A DNA stretch of 58,874 bases, filler included, from Basidioascus undulatus (lineage: Eukaryota): assembly GCA_000826855.1 (NCBI GenBank). It is 3 parts of 3 records of this genome, joined end to end, with 100 filler letters (N's around TTAATTAATTAA, not from the genome) between each part and the next. Parts side by side here need not be neighbours in the genome. Positions count along the whole stretch, not along the records: positions 19,665 to 39,224 come from JTLS01000412.1; positions 39,325 to 58,874 come from JTLS01000413.1; 1 more part is not named here. One strand, written 5' to 3'. Under the pieces are notes generated by a model. The model was given only the letters and a program-made list of their open reading frames with translations. It had not been told where the DNA came from and ran no database searches. Positions 27,284-40,504 of the stretch are shown piece by piece. Position 1 is the first letter of the stretch. Each line of letters opens with the position of its first letter. Both the position numbers and the translations under genes were made by a program.

Positions 27284-30200
27284 CTAGCCCAGGGAATGCT
27301 TGAAACGCCTATCTTCTCCCAGTACGCGCCGGATATCAGTCTCTGGCACGTTCCGGATGATCTTCCTGTCCACCTCTCTCTCCTTCGTGCGTCCGCCGCC
27401 GGGTTCCTGCGCGAGCACGAGGCGCGTCGCGCAGAGCGTCGAGAGGAGCGCGAGCTGGTCTGCGGTCGAGATGCGCTGCAGCGGTTGGTACTCGAGGATC
27501 AACGGCGCCAAGCGGAGGTGATGAGCGGAGACCTGGGCAGTGCGAGAACAACGGTCGGGAACGTTCGTCAGCTGGAAGAGCGGACGGAAAGGAAGGAGAC
27601 GCTGCGCACTTCGCCCCATTTGCACTCGCCCGTGCCCAGCCCTGCGCGTTCCGCCGCGCGCATGACGCTCAGGAGCATGATCTTGCCGTGCACGCTGAGG
27701 TTGCGAATCGTCCGCGCCGTCGGGTTCTGTGTCATGGAGCGGATTGTCGCGTTGACTTGCGGCGTCTCGATCGGCAACGTTGGGCACGTTTCCAGGGTCT
27801 GTCTGTGGGAAGGGAAGTGGGAAGCGACTTCCATTCGGCTGATGTGACAGGGTGACTTGATGAAAGAAGGAAGCTACCTGCAAATTTCCAGCATGCGGCG
27901 TGCGTCTCCCTGCACGCTCGCCGTCCTCATGGCAGCCAGCTTGATCGCATCGCCGGCGAAGACCTCGTCCGGGTCGGCATCCTCCTGCGAGACGATCGGC
28001 TCATCGCTGCGCGGCGGACACGTGGCCAGGCTGACCGCGGTCTTGATACGCGAGATGGTGATCTCACTGAGCTGATCGGTCGTGTACGGCGCGAAGTTGA
28101 TGCGCTCCATTCCTGATTCACAGCAAGCAAAGCGTATCAGTTAATGCTCTGGGAAGTATTTGACCAATCCCCCAGATGAAGCAAGGAGCCAAGCTTACCG
28201 AGACGACTCGCGACCTTGCCGCGCAGGACCTTTTCGGGCAAGTCCATCGTGTTGGCGACGGCGATGACGATGAGCCTGCTCCCACGCATGCTGGGCCAGT
28301 TGAAGAAGTTGTACACCTCGTTCTGCTTGGGCGTCACGAGCTGGTCGAGCTCGTCCATGAGCACGATGCTGCCCAACGCCAGCCGCCATCTCCCTCATCA
28401 GTCTGCAGTCATCATCATCACAGCACGATACCGCAAGCGTACCAAGCGTGCTCGGCCGGCCCGCTCGCGCCGCCCGCAGCGAAGTACCGCTCCAGCGCGG
28501 CGAGCGCAGCCTTCGGCGAGATCCCAGCAATTTCTTCGCCTGCGATCGCTTCCCAGAGCAGCGAGTACGCGCGCGCGGGCTCCGAGACGCGCAAGCCGTT
28601 GATCTCGACGAATGTGAACGGGTTTATCTCCTGCGGAACAGCCGATCCACTTCAGAAAATGGGGGCTGGTAAAGCGGACAAAGACGAGACGCACGTTGTT
28701 GCTCGCCTTTTCTTGCAGCGAGCGGATGACAGAGTGGACCGTGGCGGTCTTCCCCGTGCCAGGCGTACCGGAGATGTCTAGGGAGCAAACAGCGAAGACG
28801 TCAGTCTGCTGCCGCAAGTGGAAGAGCCCGAAAGGGGGAACGCACAGACACAACCTCCCCCGCCTTCCTCGAGCAGGCTCTCGATGCACCCTTCGACCAT
28901 CAAGTACTCGTCCTCGCGGCATGGCAAGTAGCCTGGCGTCGCGCCGACGTGGAGGAGCGCGCGCGAGAGAGAGTGCACGTCGCGCGGCGTGCCGGCGGGT
29001 AGAGCAGCGAGCGTGGCTGGGGCGGGAGGGGGTAGGGGTCGGGCGCTGGATAGGGACGCGAGCGATTTCAGGACCGGACAGCTTGAGGCACAAGGAGAAG
29101 GAGAGGTAAGAACGTACGCCTTAATCGCTCGACGCATCTTCAACGCACGCTTGGAGTGTGGCGTCGGCTGCACCCGCCGCGGTGTCGACGCTCCGCCGCG
29201 CTTCCGCTTCCGCGAGGGCGTGCGGGGCGCGTCGTCAGAGTCCTCGTCCATTTCATCCTCCCCGACAGAGTCGTCCTCGTCGGACTCGGACTCGGACTTG
29301 GAGAACTCGGAGGCATCGTCGGCGCTGCTCTCCTCCTCCTCCTCCTCCTCCTCGTCGAGCTCCAGGTCGACCTTGAACACGTCATCGCTCTTCTTCACCC
29401 TCCTCGCCTTCTTCGCCTTCGCCCCCTTCTCCTTCTTCTTCTCCTCTCCTTTCTCCTTCTCCTTCTCCTTCCCCTTCCCCTTTCCCTTCCGGGGCAGCTC
29501 GTCCTCGCTGATGTCCCCATCGGACACCTCCACCGTCCACCCCTCGCCCGCGAGCCCGCGCGCGCGCACGGCGTCCCAGTCGAACTTGTAGAAGATGTTG
29601 CGCTTGCCGTCGACAGCGTGGGTCGCGTACAGGCGCTCAGGCGGCAGCGGCTGCGTACTGGATTTGCGCTTGGGCGAAGGCGCGGGCGCGACGGGCTTGG
29701 AGGAGACGCTGACGTGCGTGAGGATCGAGGTGATGGGCGTGTCGTAGGAGGGGTTGAAGCTGTAGTAGATCTCGTTCTGCGGGGTTCCCATGCCCAACAC
29801 CTCAGTACCCGTACGACTGCCATATAACAAACAGGAGATACACTCACCTCGCCATGCTTGCGCTGTGCGCGGTGCTGAGCGAAATCGCTCGGGCGAGTGA
29901 ACCAATGCACGCGCGCGACCATCTGCGCGACGTCGCGCTTGTCCTCCTTCCACTCCTCGTCCTCCTCCGCGGACAGATCATACAGTGCCTCGATGACGCC
30001 GACCGACGGGCGCGGCAGCTGCGTGCGGACGGTCACGCAATCTCCGACGGCGAACGTCGTGCGCTGGGGCGCCTTGCCCTTGAGCTCGCGCGAGCGACGG
30101 AAGGATGTGAAGTACGTGCGCGCGGGCTTGTCCTCGTGGGAACCCTCCTCGTCCTCGCCATCAGACGCCTGCGGCGGGTCGCCGAGGTCGGGCGAGGGGC

Positions 30201-30435
30201 GCCGTCGCTTGCGGGCGGAGTAGGGTCCGCGAGGGGGAGGGGTGCGCTCCTCCTGCGGCGGGGCGGGGACCGGCTCGGAAGTCCATGTGTAGGACTCGAT
30301 GTGCGGGTTGTAGATGTGCTCGCTACGGACGGGGGGGACGTAGAACGGGGCGCGGTTCGAGCCTGTGGGAGCGGAGCACGCTCTCAGCCGCAAACGCACC
30401 TGACCTGAAGAAGTGGAGAGCTTACGAGTCTGCAT
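27284..30435 (-). CDS. ORC1: Origin recognition complex subunit 1 (BAH + AAA+ + winged helix)
   Basis: BAH-like FAVGDCVTV...ARVHWF...NEIYYS, an acidic/basic linker, LPCREDEY, Walker A ISGTPGTGKTATV, Walker B VLMDELDQL, YNFFNWP, IAVANTMDLPE, SRLG and GDARRMLEICR. Confidence 0.95.
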
Positions 30436-30862
30436 GCCGGCTCGAACGTGAATCTATGGGTCTTGTGTGCAAATCTATGAGGTATCTTTGTGGGTATCGT
30501 TAGAAGGCGGTATAGGAAGAAGCAAGAGCGATGGAGAAGGTGGCGGTCGCGTCCAAGACGCGTGCTCTATTCCAGAGCGCGTTCCCCGCCAGCGTACGTA
30601 ATCACTGGCTTGCAGTCATTCCACGCAGATTTTTCAAGTGTCAAGTGAGATATGAATTGCGATGCGAATAATCAAGGGGTACTAAACGATGCGGGATATA
30701 ACTAAGCTAGATACGTTGCGAACAGTGCGATCCATCGAGAACATGACTAAGAGAAGAAAATGAAACGACACTACGCCCGAGCCTCCTCCGTCGGCAGCTA
30801 GCAGCAGCACCGCCTCTGTCCGCCTGGCAGGCGAACCATCCCGAACCTCAAACACGATCCTC

Positions 30863-31746
30863 CTACTTCAGCGTCCGGCGCTTTCCCGGCGGGGCCGGTC
30901 CGAGCTTGAACTCGGCTCGTGCGAGTTGCGGTGCGGGCGGCGGGGGCTGCCGGGGCGGCGGAGGGGGCATGCGGAGCTTGTCGAGGAGGGAAGGTGACGA
31001 GTCGAGGGAGAATGCGCTCGGGGGGTGCAGCGGCTCTTCGTATCTTGTCAGAGGCCACTCTGCGAGTGTCAGAGAATCCGCGCGGGCTTGCCGGCCTTCG
31101 AGCGCCGCGAGCGCGTCGAACCGGGCGGAGGAGAGCGTGAGGGGCGAGGGAGGGATGTCTTCATCCATTGGGGAGAACATGGGTGAGGGGGAGGGGTAGC
31201 AGGAGGGTGTGAAGGAGGACATGGAGGATGCGGAGGGAGCGCGGGAGCGGGAGGTGGGGGTTGCGGCGTGGTGGGTGTTGCGGTAGGACGAGCTGGGAAA
31301 TCGCACCCGGTTCAGCTCCCCGTGCTCATCGACCGAAAGCATAAAGAGAAACGTACGACATCTCAGGCGTCATGGTAAACACCTGACTGATAGCCGCAGT
31401 CGCGTTCATGCCCGCGACACTGTTCTTCCTCGCCCGTCCCCTCACGCTCACAGCCGCCGTCGTGACCGGCGAGCTCTTGAGCAAGCTCGCCTGGGTCGAG
31501 GATGCGCTGCTCCGCCTCCGCGGACGCGGGCGCGTGGGCGTGAGCACGGAGGGCGCCATTGTGGGCGATGCGCCGCGGGGGACGTGGGAGGAAGCGTTGA
31601 GGAGGCCGGCTGGGAGAGCACCGTGGGATCAGTCCTGGAATGCGGTCCTGTGGAAGCAACAGCGAATGCGCACCTGTGAACAGCGCGCTGTACGCGGTGC
31701 TGGGCGTGGGGGTGGGAGGCATCGTCGTCGTCGTCGTCGATGACAT
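30863..31746 (-). CDS. Hypothetical Pro/Ser-rich, probably disordered protein
   Basis: ATG 31746 (MSSTTTTTMPPTPTPSTAYSALFT), coding-like segments RPRRRSSASSTQASLLKSSP and LDKLRMPPPPPRQPPPPAPQLARAEFKL, and plausible introns. Confidence 0.55.
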
Positions 31747-34394
31747 GTTCAGATCAGGACGATGATGGGTGTGGTGGTGTGGTCTGTGAAAGTGCAAAGC
31801 TGCGCGGGGAAGGTGGATGTTGAGGATGGAGTATGTCCTTTCGCTCCTGCTCGCTTGCTCATCCATTTTAAACCCCCCACACAGCAGGCTCCCAAGATAT
31901 CGGGTCGCCCAAGCGCGGAGCAATTCGATCATGATGCACGCGAGGGGCAATGGGGGCAAGTCTGAAACGCGGCAGAGTTGCATCACCAGACACAGCCTCG
32001 CTGGCCGCGCGGTCCTTTTTCCTCCTTTCCCTCCGTCGCCTCCTTATCGCCTTTGTCCACCCACAAAGGAGCTCACTGATTTCTCTGATTGAAATCACAG
32101 GAGCTCATCCTTGCTCCCCTTGCCCTCGCTGCCACATCAACAGCAGGACAACATGACCGCCCGGCGGCCAGACAGAACGCGTTTCACAGCGCAACAGCAC
32201 TGCGCCGCGACCGCCGGCCGACCGCGGCCGGTCCAGCACGCGTCCAAATTACATCTTGTTTCCAGCGCACGGACGGCCGGCCACGCGTTTGGATGCGGTT
32301 ACAGTCGCCCAGGCCTTTTGCAATTCATTTAATGAGCAGGCCAAGAGCGTCGGATTGGGTGAGGGAAACCTGGGAAACAGCCGGGAAGGTTCGATGCAAC
32401 ATCGCGCCATCAGGCGTCTGGAGCGTTGTCAATGAAAGCTTCTTTCACATGATTGTCGAACGGTGATTAAGCAACGAATGTACCAAGGATGGACCCGGCT
32501 AGAAATTGCAGGCCGTTGAATGGAACAACACGTACCGGCCGACGTTATCAGGCAGTATCCCGGCCGCTTGTCTGTCTCGTGGTGAGCTACAGGCCGATGA
32601 AACTGCTCCTGCCCAGGTGGCAGCGGAGCTCCTGCGCCGCTCTCGCAGGTGGGCGTTGCACAGGAGCACACCGGAACTGTCACGGCGAGGCAGTCACCTC
32701 GCTCGACTCTTCCCCCGTATAAGACCTTAGGAAAAATACAAAAGCTCGAGGGGGTAATAAGGAGAGAAAGCCGTGGTATGGCCAAGAGAGAAGTCTCCTA
32801 TGCAGGACGCGGCGAAACAGGGGAGTCGAATGCGCAAAGGCGATCTTGCCAGGCTGTCTAGATTTGTTGACTCTTGCAGTTGTCAAATGTATCTTCTTGA
32901 GGGTGATGTGGGCAGCAGATCCTTTTTATATGTTGTTTACTAGCTTGTGTCTGCCCTACCATGTCGCACAACGTCGTGCCGGACTGAGGCAGTCATGCAT
33001 ACGTGCACTTCCAACCGGGCAGCTTGTGTCCCCTTTTCTTTGAAGATACAACATCATTGTTACAAATACAGTCTGAATTTTCATAAACGTAAGGCAGACA
33101 CTAGGCATGCTGGCACTGTGAGCACATTCAAAGCTCGAGGGAGTCGAGAAAGCACGCAACGGGCCGACAGCCTGCAACCCAAAATGCTATTAGCATGCTT
33201 AACCGCAAATTCTTATAAATAATAGTTGAAATTTTCTCTAAGGCAAACCTGTACGAAATTCAGACGATATCCTGTTCGTCTACCCGCAGCGGACCTAAGC
33301 TTCGCTGATTTCAACAGGAGCCTTCGCAGCTTCCGCTGTGAACCCGCTTCGAGAAGCACCGAGAAAGACACAGCATCCCAAAGATCCGGTATGAAGAAGC
33401 TCCGCTAATCTCTCTCAAAATCTTTGCCCGGCCGACGAACCTTGCGACTCGGAAAGGAATGCGCAGGGGGGGGCACTGCGGCAAGTCAAGCGCAGTACTC
33501 GAACAAATGAAGGAAGTCTCGTCGACCTTGAATTAGCGCTCCAGTCTCGAGTAGACTATGCGACATGGAGAGGCTGTGCTAATATATATGGTCTTGCTCG
33601 AGCGGCGGAGGTGACTCCGGACCCTGGAAAGAAGTGCGCAAAGGGGAGCGCTGCCGGTTCAAGCGCAGGCGAACAGAATAACACCGCTGCCCACCCTCAA
33701 AAGCGAGGTTTGGGAAGAGGCCGTACTTGTTCGTATGTTCCGCCTTAACCCATCTTATCCGAAGGAATGCACAGAGCGGCCGGCATCTCAAGCCAGCAGC
33801 GGAAGAAATGAAGAACCTCCGTCGGATTGTCGACACTCGAGAAGCGTGAGGACATTAAAAACCGGTGCTTTCTCCTTTTTCACTCCCACTTTATGGGACA
33901 AGCGGAGACATCTCGCGACTAAAGGAGTGTGCAGAGGAGGCAGCACTGCCGCTTCATTTTTGAAAGCGCAGCCGACCAAATGAAGCGAGTCCGCTGTCGA
34001 TCGAGAAAATTTTGGAATATGAAGAGACTGTGCTAAATTATCCAGCCCATGTTATCGGACGGTCAGCGGGCAGCGAAATGCCTTCGAGGGTTAGCGGCCG
34101 GGGGGCGAGTCCGACTCTTTGGGGATGATGTGGGGAATATAGATGTCGTGCGCGAGAGGAGGTCCGTCGCATGCGTGAAGGTAAGTGTTCTGATCATCTC
34201 TGGTAACAAGTATGAGAGGAGCTGGGTAACGTGAAGATTTGAGAAAACTTTGAGAAGAGCGGCCAGGAGGAATAGGGCTCATAAAGTGTGGCTGCGAAAG
34301 TGACTTTTCTTTCACGCTTGCTAGTGGCGTGCATGAGCAATCTGCTTAGGAACATTGAACACATGAATGCAAAAAATTATGAAAAGCTTCGCGA

Positions 34395-36078
34395 TCAAAT
34401 ATAACCCCGCCGCACCGCAGGCGGGTCCGCAAACTGGACCGCGGGTGTCCTCCTCCACTCCGTTTCCGTTCCCAGCACGACGCCCATGAGCGGCTGCGGC
34501 GTGAGCGCGCCCTCGGTCGGGCCTGGAGAGGGGCTTAGCGACAGGAAGGGTGTCCCGTAGCGGAGCGGCCACCAATCCCAGCCGGCCTTGGGGCTCCCCG
34601 CTGCAGGACGCCCGACACCCAGGCCTTCCTCCACCAGCTTGCCGCGCTGCCTCCCTTCCTCGGTTACCGGCTGCTGCCCCTCGGCGACTGTCGGCAGTCC
34701 GCCGTGGAACGAAGACGACGTGCTCGAACCCAGGCTGCCAAGCCGGACGTGTCCAGGCGTCCACTTCTCCGTCAGCCCGCGTGGAGAGTACCAGTGCTTC
34801 GACGGGGCCGGTGTAAGCTCCGGTCCAGGCGTGGGGTCGGGGCTACGCAGGAAAGGCGGGTTCCAGTAGCTGTTTTCGGAGAAGGCGGGACTGGCAGGGC
34901 TGGCGGGGGGGGTCGACTTCGGACTGCGCTGGTCGAAGAGCCTCTGCGTGGACGTGGACGTCGCTGAGCTTCCGGGCCAGTTTCGATGGCGGTCCCGGCG
35001 CCGGCGGCGAAGCAGGAGGAAAGCGAGTGCTAGGCCGCCGAGGGCGACGAGCGCTCCTGCAACGCCCCCGCCGATCGCTGCGGGGCTGGGACCGGACGAG
35101 GAGGTGCCGGGGGTGGAAGAGGGTGTAGCTGTGGCGGAGGACACAGACGCTATGAGTGGGGGATATTCTTAGCGCTTGTTCAAGTCTCATACGCAGGGAA
35201 TGGAAGAAGGACCAACCGATAGAAGCGGAAGCGTGCCAGAAAGCGCCTTCTTGGATGGCCACGGCTTCGGCCTGGGCGTAGATCCTGGGTCCCTCTTTTC
35301 AGCCTGGCGCATTCCGTAGAACGACAGCGACGGCCAGCTCACCATCCGCCATCTGAAGTGTCCATCAGCATCCACTGCGTGAGTCTCGGCTTGAGCTCGT
35401 CCGTCACCCAAAACGAAGGGAGCCTGCAGCTCAATTTCAGCACGAGTCGCAGGAAGGCACCCTCGACGACATGGCACTGACGATTTGTTGTCGATCTTGG
35501 TCGGGCCGCAGTTAGCCACGAAGTCCCCATACGCGATCCCGTCCGCAGTCTCGCCCGTTTGGCAGCACCTGCAGGCTGCGAGGATGAAAAGGTTTCAGAC
35601 TTCAGTGGTGTACACAGAGGCGGAGGCGCTGCTTAGATGGGTATGCGTACCGGAAGCGAGGTTGTAGTATGTCGGATTGCACTGCGTCTGTTGTTGCGAG
35701 GCAAGCATGTCAGTGCAGTGGGCCTCTTACATTGTCGAAGCAGACACCCACCTCCGAGTTCTCAGCCTTGTATGCAGCTCCAGCTTCCAGAAGGGGGACG
35801 TCCGCTGTGCATCGTACATCATAAGCTTCAGACCTTCTCTTTCATCTTTAGCTCATTCGGATTACCCACCCTCAGGAGACAGAACTCGTGCCACCATCTC
35901 TTGCACATCGCTGCATCTAGACGTCAGGACAGCATGCGCGAGCACGGAAAGTGTGCCGAGCGCACCACGGTGTCTCTCCGAATGCGTTCAACCACCAGAG
36001 CGGCCCATTCGGTGCACACTCCGGTGCGGCCCACACGACTGCGACAAAGAGTAATGGTTTAAGAAGCAAGGCGATCAT
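34395..36078 (-). CDS. Single-pass type I membrane protein: signal peptide, Cys-rich ectodomain, S/T stalk, TM, cytoplasmic tail
   Basis: MIALLLKPLLFVAVVWAAPEC...WWLNAFGETP, YYNLAS..CRCCQ, S/T/P stalk, TM AIGGGVAGALVALGGLALAFLLL followed by RRRRR. Several introns. Confidence 0.7.
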
Positions 36079-36766
36079 GGGATGGGAAGAGGGCGATATG
36101 TGATGTGGTGGGTGTGGTGGAAGAAAACGAACGTGCTCCCCACGTAACCGACAGCCGGTCGGACGGGACTCCACATGCGTAGTGCTGCTTGTTTGGCCAG
36201 GGAGGACAAAAAGATGGGGCGGGAGACGTTGATGAGGAGGACAAAGAGGTTGGGCGGGAGGCGTTGATAGGAGGGAGCTTGAGGTTGAGCTCTGAGTTTA
36301 TTGTACGTTCGCGAACGCCGAACGTCGAACGATGAACGCTCCGTCGTGATCGTCCACCGCCACCCCTCATCCCCCGTCGTCCCACTCATCTAAAAAGCTG
36401 GGATTTAAACAGAAGAATGAGTAGCGTGGTAGTCATATCACTGTGATGGACAGTGGGCGTCGGCACGTGAGGCCCGAAATGCTTGCCGAAACGCGTCTTG
36501 CTCAAGGAGAGTGCTCTAGCGCTCTGTCATTACATAGGATTCCAAAGCTCATTCCGACTGTATCCGAGTCTATGCTATCACAGTGATCCTGGTTATGTCT
36601 AAGTCTATGCCACGCTTCGTTAGTAGGCTCAACATCGCTGCGAGTCCAGGAGCCCCGCAACGCATGACCGTGCTGCCCGCATCTCGGAGTTGAGTCGAGA
36701 TACTTACTCGAAACGCGCAACCCCTCGCGCGAACCACCAGGAATCACCAAACCTCATGCAACATGC

Positions 36767-36835
36767 AACACGCAGCACGCAGCACCAGCACGCAGCACCA
36801 GCACGCAGCACGCAGCACCCAGCACCCAGCACCCA
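36767..36835. repeat. Imperfect 6-7 bp minisatellite (CAGCAC / CAGCACG / CAGCACC)
   Basis: About nine tandem CAGCAC(G/C) units just downstream of the TPT1 stop. Confidence 0.85.
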
Positions 36836-36909
36836 TCCCCACCCTTTCGGCCCAGAACCCACTCAGCCACACAGCTTCCCAACTTCTCATAGTCCATCAA
36901 ACGAATGCA

Positions 36910-38117
36910 TCATCCCCCCCTTGCAGCGAGCAAATCCCGCCCCTCCCGATCGACCACCCGCGCAAAGTACTCCGGCCGCAGCACGCCGCCTGTGTCGCCG
37001 GGTGTGAGGATCACGCCGTTGGAGGAGCGGTGGAGGGGGATCCCATCTGCGGGCGCGGAGAGAATGCGAAGAGAGAAAGAGGGTTAGGGGAGAGGGTGAG
37101 AAGGACGGGGAAGGAGGTGGGAAGGGAAAGGAGGTGGGAAACGGACCGGCTAGCACTTTCGGGACGTCTATGTAGATGAATATGCTGGAGGACTTGCGCA
37201 TCCCTATTTCTCCCTCATCAGCTTTTAGTCTCCGTTCCGTGGTGATCGGTGAAAGGAGGGAGGAGGGAAAGGGGGAGACGGACCGCTGATGACCCCCTCC
37301 CCGTCCGGCAAACCGGGCGCGAGGTGGATGTGGTTTCGGTTCATCTTTGATAAGCCTGTTTTGGCTGTTCCAGGGCAGGCAGGAAGCGGCGGCGTGAGTT
37401 GAGTTGGGGAAAGGACGATGGGGGAAGGGGGATGGGAGAAGGATGAGGTGTGAGAGAGAGGGAGGGGGTGGCGGAAGGAGGACGAGCGAAGGAGGATGGG
37501 CACAGGAGGGGAAAAGGAGGGTGGAAGAAGGTTGAGAAAGGGAGAGAGACGGGGACGCACCGATCGACTCCCAAGCTTTCCTCGTGGTCCCATGCACTGC
37601 TATCGGGACCTGCTCTGGGGAAGTGATCTGTTCCAACTCGAGCTCTGCAACCTATACCCATTCCCAATGCCAATCCCGAGCGCTCAGTCCACACCCCTCA
37701 GCTCGAGAGGAAGGGGAAGACGCACCTCAAGCGTATGCCCCTGCACCGCGCGGATCCACCACACCTTGCTCTCCCCCTCGACCTCCTCCAAAAGCTGATA
37801 TCGCTTCTTATCGTTCTCCCGTACGAGCTTCTCGATCTCGTCGAAGGTGACGCCTTTCAACTTGGGGCGCTTCAACTGTCCTGCCCAGCCCCGGTCAGCC
37901 TCCCTCCCACTTCAACAAGGAAGGCAGAGGACGGAGAAAGGAGACACACCAGATCCTCCATCCGCGCATACCCGTCCGCCCGCAAAGCGATCCCCTCCTT
38001 TTGTGCGCCGTGGCGGAGGATGTAGCTGAGCGTTTTGGAGATGCGGACTTCGGGGGAGTCGGTCGGGCGGCCGCGGGCGGAGCGGGGGGGTTTGGGTGCG
38101 GCGTACGGCGCAGACAT
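36910..38117 (-). CDS. TPT1: tRNA 2'-phosphotransferase (Tpt1/KptA)
   Basis: RISKTLSYILRHGA, NDKKRY, WIRAVQGHT, AVHGTT, GLSKMNRNHIH, ISGMRKSS and SSNGVILTPG; stop TGA 36910-36912. Confidence 0.95.
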
Positions 38118-38409
38118 GCTGTGTAGTACACGGAGATGATGTAGAGGTCGAATTTGGGTGGATGGATGGATGTGAGTGTGAAAGGTGAGGAGAGAAGACG
38201 CGTGCGCCGGCGGAGGAATGCATCCGGACCTGAATGGCGTACTGTACTTGGGCTAGTAAGGCACTAGCTTCGGCCCGCCAGGCGATCACGCCGCAGTCGA
38301 CGCTCCCAACCTCGATAACTTCCTTGCATCCACCGTCATCATTCCTTCTCTTTCTTGTTTACTCTCTCTTGCAAACGCCGCACACACACGCATACAGACG
38401 CAGATCCTG

Positions 38410-39224
38410 ATGTCGGAGCCTGCCTCGCCGGGAAACATCCTTTCCTGGTCCGAGGACGATGTGGGCGCGTGGCTTGCGGGCAAGCTGGGGTATGGGCAGC
38501 ATGTGCAGCAGTTCAGAGGTGCGTTCCTCCTCTACCCTTTCTTTCATCCGACACAGAGCTCATCCGGGGAGGGGGGAACAGAGAACGGCATCTCGGGCGA
38601 AATCCTCGTCCATCTCGGTACGCTCCTAGCGATGGACGGAGCAAGGACTGGGGCTGAGGAGGTGGGGGATGGAGGACAGATCACGAAGCGCTCAAAGACC
38701 TCGGCGTGCACTCGGTCGGCCAGCGCCTAGCCATCCTCAAGGCCGTGTACTATCTCAAGCTCGCGCACGATGTGCCCGTAGAGCAAGAGCACTACGTCCC
38801 CGCCTGTCCGTCCCCCTCCCTCCGGCCCATTCTCTTTCATCTTACCCCGTCTGACCTACCACTCCAGCGGAGGACCTGGACGGCGCGGACGCCCAACCGG
38901 ACTCGCCGGCGATCGACCAGATCGTGGAGTTCATCAATGCGCAGGGTACGTGCGGCGGGCTGGGACGGCTGGAGAGGCAATCAGGCTGATGTGCGGCGCG
39001 GCGCGGTATAGACGAGCGGTTACGTTCGCTTGAGGGAGAGTACCACCGCCTCTTCAGCGCGCTCGAAGCGTGCCGCGAGGAGATGGCTACGCTCAGTCGG
39101 ATCACTATGAAGGTCCGTCTTTCCCCTCCCCTCGTTTCATCTTCTTCCTCCCCTCCCTCTCTCCTCCCTTCCTGTCCTCTCCAATCCCTCCCTTCTTCTA
39201 CCCCTCTCTCTCCCTCTCCCTCCC
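38410..39224 (+). CDS. STE50: Ste50/Ubc2 MAPK adaptor, N-terminal SAM domain and coiled coil (3' part lost in the gap)
   Basis: Spliced WSEDDVGAWLAGKLGYGQHVQQFRENGISGEILVHLDHEALKDLGVHSVGQRLAILKAVYYLKLAHDVPVEQEHYVP, then QDERLRSLEGE. This N-terminus is typical of basidiomycete Ste50. Confidence 0.85.
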
Positions 39225-39324
39225 NNNNNNNNNNNNNNNNNNNNNNNNNNNNNNNNNNNNNNNNNNNNTTAATTAATTAANNNNNNNNNNNNNNNNNNNN
39301 NNNNNNNNNNNNNNNNNNNNNNNN
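39225..39324. other. Assembly gap with artificial six-frame stop linker
   Basis: N44-TTAATTAATTAA-N44. STE50 does not resume afterwards. Confidence 0.97.
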
Positions 39325-39582
39325 CCAGCCGTGAAGGAAGAGCGCTTCCACGTGCGCTCCCCCACAAAACTGCACCGGAACACCCGCCGGGACCGCGCCT
39401 TTGCCACAAACTTTCCACTCGAGGCCCTGCTTCCTGGCGACGATATCTGAGGCACTTCAAGTGTGCTTTGCTGTGCGTGGGTCAAGAATGTTTACAACAT
39501 CTGTTGAGAACCTGGGATTTGCTTTCTGTAATGATCAGCTTGCGAGTTGCGTCACGCATTAAATTACAAACTGCGTCGCATG

Positions 39583-40504
39583 TCACACAGTGTAGAGCGA
39601 AGGGTGGACCATTTCGTTACACAGCTCCTTCTCTTGCTGGGAACTCTGTAAGTCGCGCCGGAGCCTCGCATCCAGCTTTTCGGTCGATTCTTCCAGCTCG
39701 TCATGATTCCCATCCCCATCACCGGGCTTCTCAAGCATGCGCGCGAATTCAAGCTTTGCCCGCGTCCAGATGACAAGGATCTGGTCGAATCTCGACAAGC
39801 GCCTGTCATGTCGAGCACCATGAGCGTTATCTCGTCGTTGTAGAGCCCCTCTGCGAACTCAAAATACTTGGCGACGAAGCAACCGAGGGCACTGAAGTAA
39901 GCAGGGCGGGATCAAGGGCCGCCAGTCCGCCCAGAATGAGGAGGTCAGGATGGGAGAGCTGTGCTTCCGGAGGTGTTCGTGTCGGCCGGCAGGTCCGCCA
40001 TCGAGCCGAGTATGAATGCCTTTTCGAAACAGGCGGTCGAAGGAGGCGATAGAGGTACCGCTGAATGTTCTCGCGGGCTCGAGAGATAACGTACTTGTCG
40101 ACCGCACGGACGAGGTCATTCCAAGAGGAAGGTGCGTCGCCGAGAGTGAAAATAAGGCCAGTGATATTGGCAACTTTGTGAGAGATGAGTCCTAGGACTG
40201 TGGAGATAACGATCGAGTCCTCCTCCAGGTCGACAGAAGGTAGCGATGCGAGATGGTCGATGGAGGATGACGACGGAGCGGGGAGCGGAACGAGAGCATG
40301 TCGTCGAAGACGCTGGATGCAGCGCTCAGGTACTTCGAATAAACCTGGAAGCATATAGTGAGTTACAGCATCGTCCTCGAGCGATGGCGCGGGTGCGCTC
40401 ACTTCGAAGCCCGTCCCCATCCTCAGCGGCGTAATCCTTGTGCAGGATCAACTTCGGCTTCGTGGTGGCAGTTTCTCGGATTCGGAGTCAGTTGAGGATG
40501 ACAT
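39583..40504 (-). pseudogene. BTB/POZ-domain protein remnant
   Basis: Fungal BTB motifs VYSKYLSAASSVFDDMLS, LPSVDLEEDSIVISTVLGLI and LVRAVDKY lie in different frames. Confidence 0.6.

Noticed and set aside
29270..29490. Long (TCC)n and (TTC)n tracts
   Set aside because: They encode the E/D- and K-rich disordered linker of Orc1.
30798..31058. ORF ending RRCCC as a possible prenylated pheromone precursor
   Set aside because: It is an alternative frame of the Pro-rich gene, lacks an aliphatic CaaX and repeats, and no STE3, STE20 or homeodomain gene is visible to suggest a mating-type locus.
31750..34390. 2.6-kb gene-free interval as a possible ncRNA or transposon
   Set aside because: No tRNA, snRNA or rRNA motif, terminal repeats or coding signal could be supported by eye; it may simply be a long promoter.
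36767..36835. Repeat array as CRISPR-like or coding repeat
   Set aside because: 6-7 bp units without spacers in a eukaryotic 3' region; an ordinary minisatellite.
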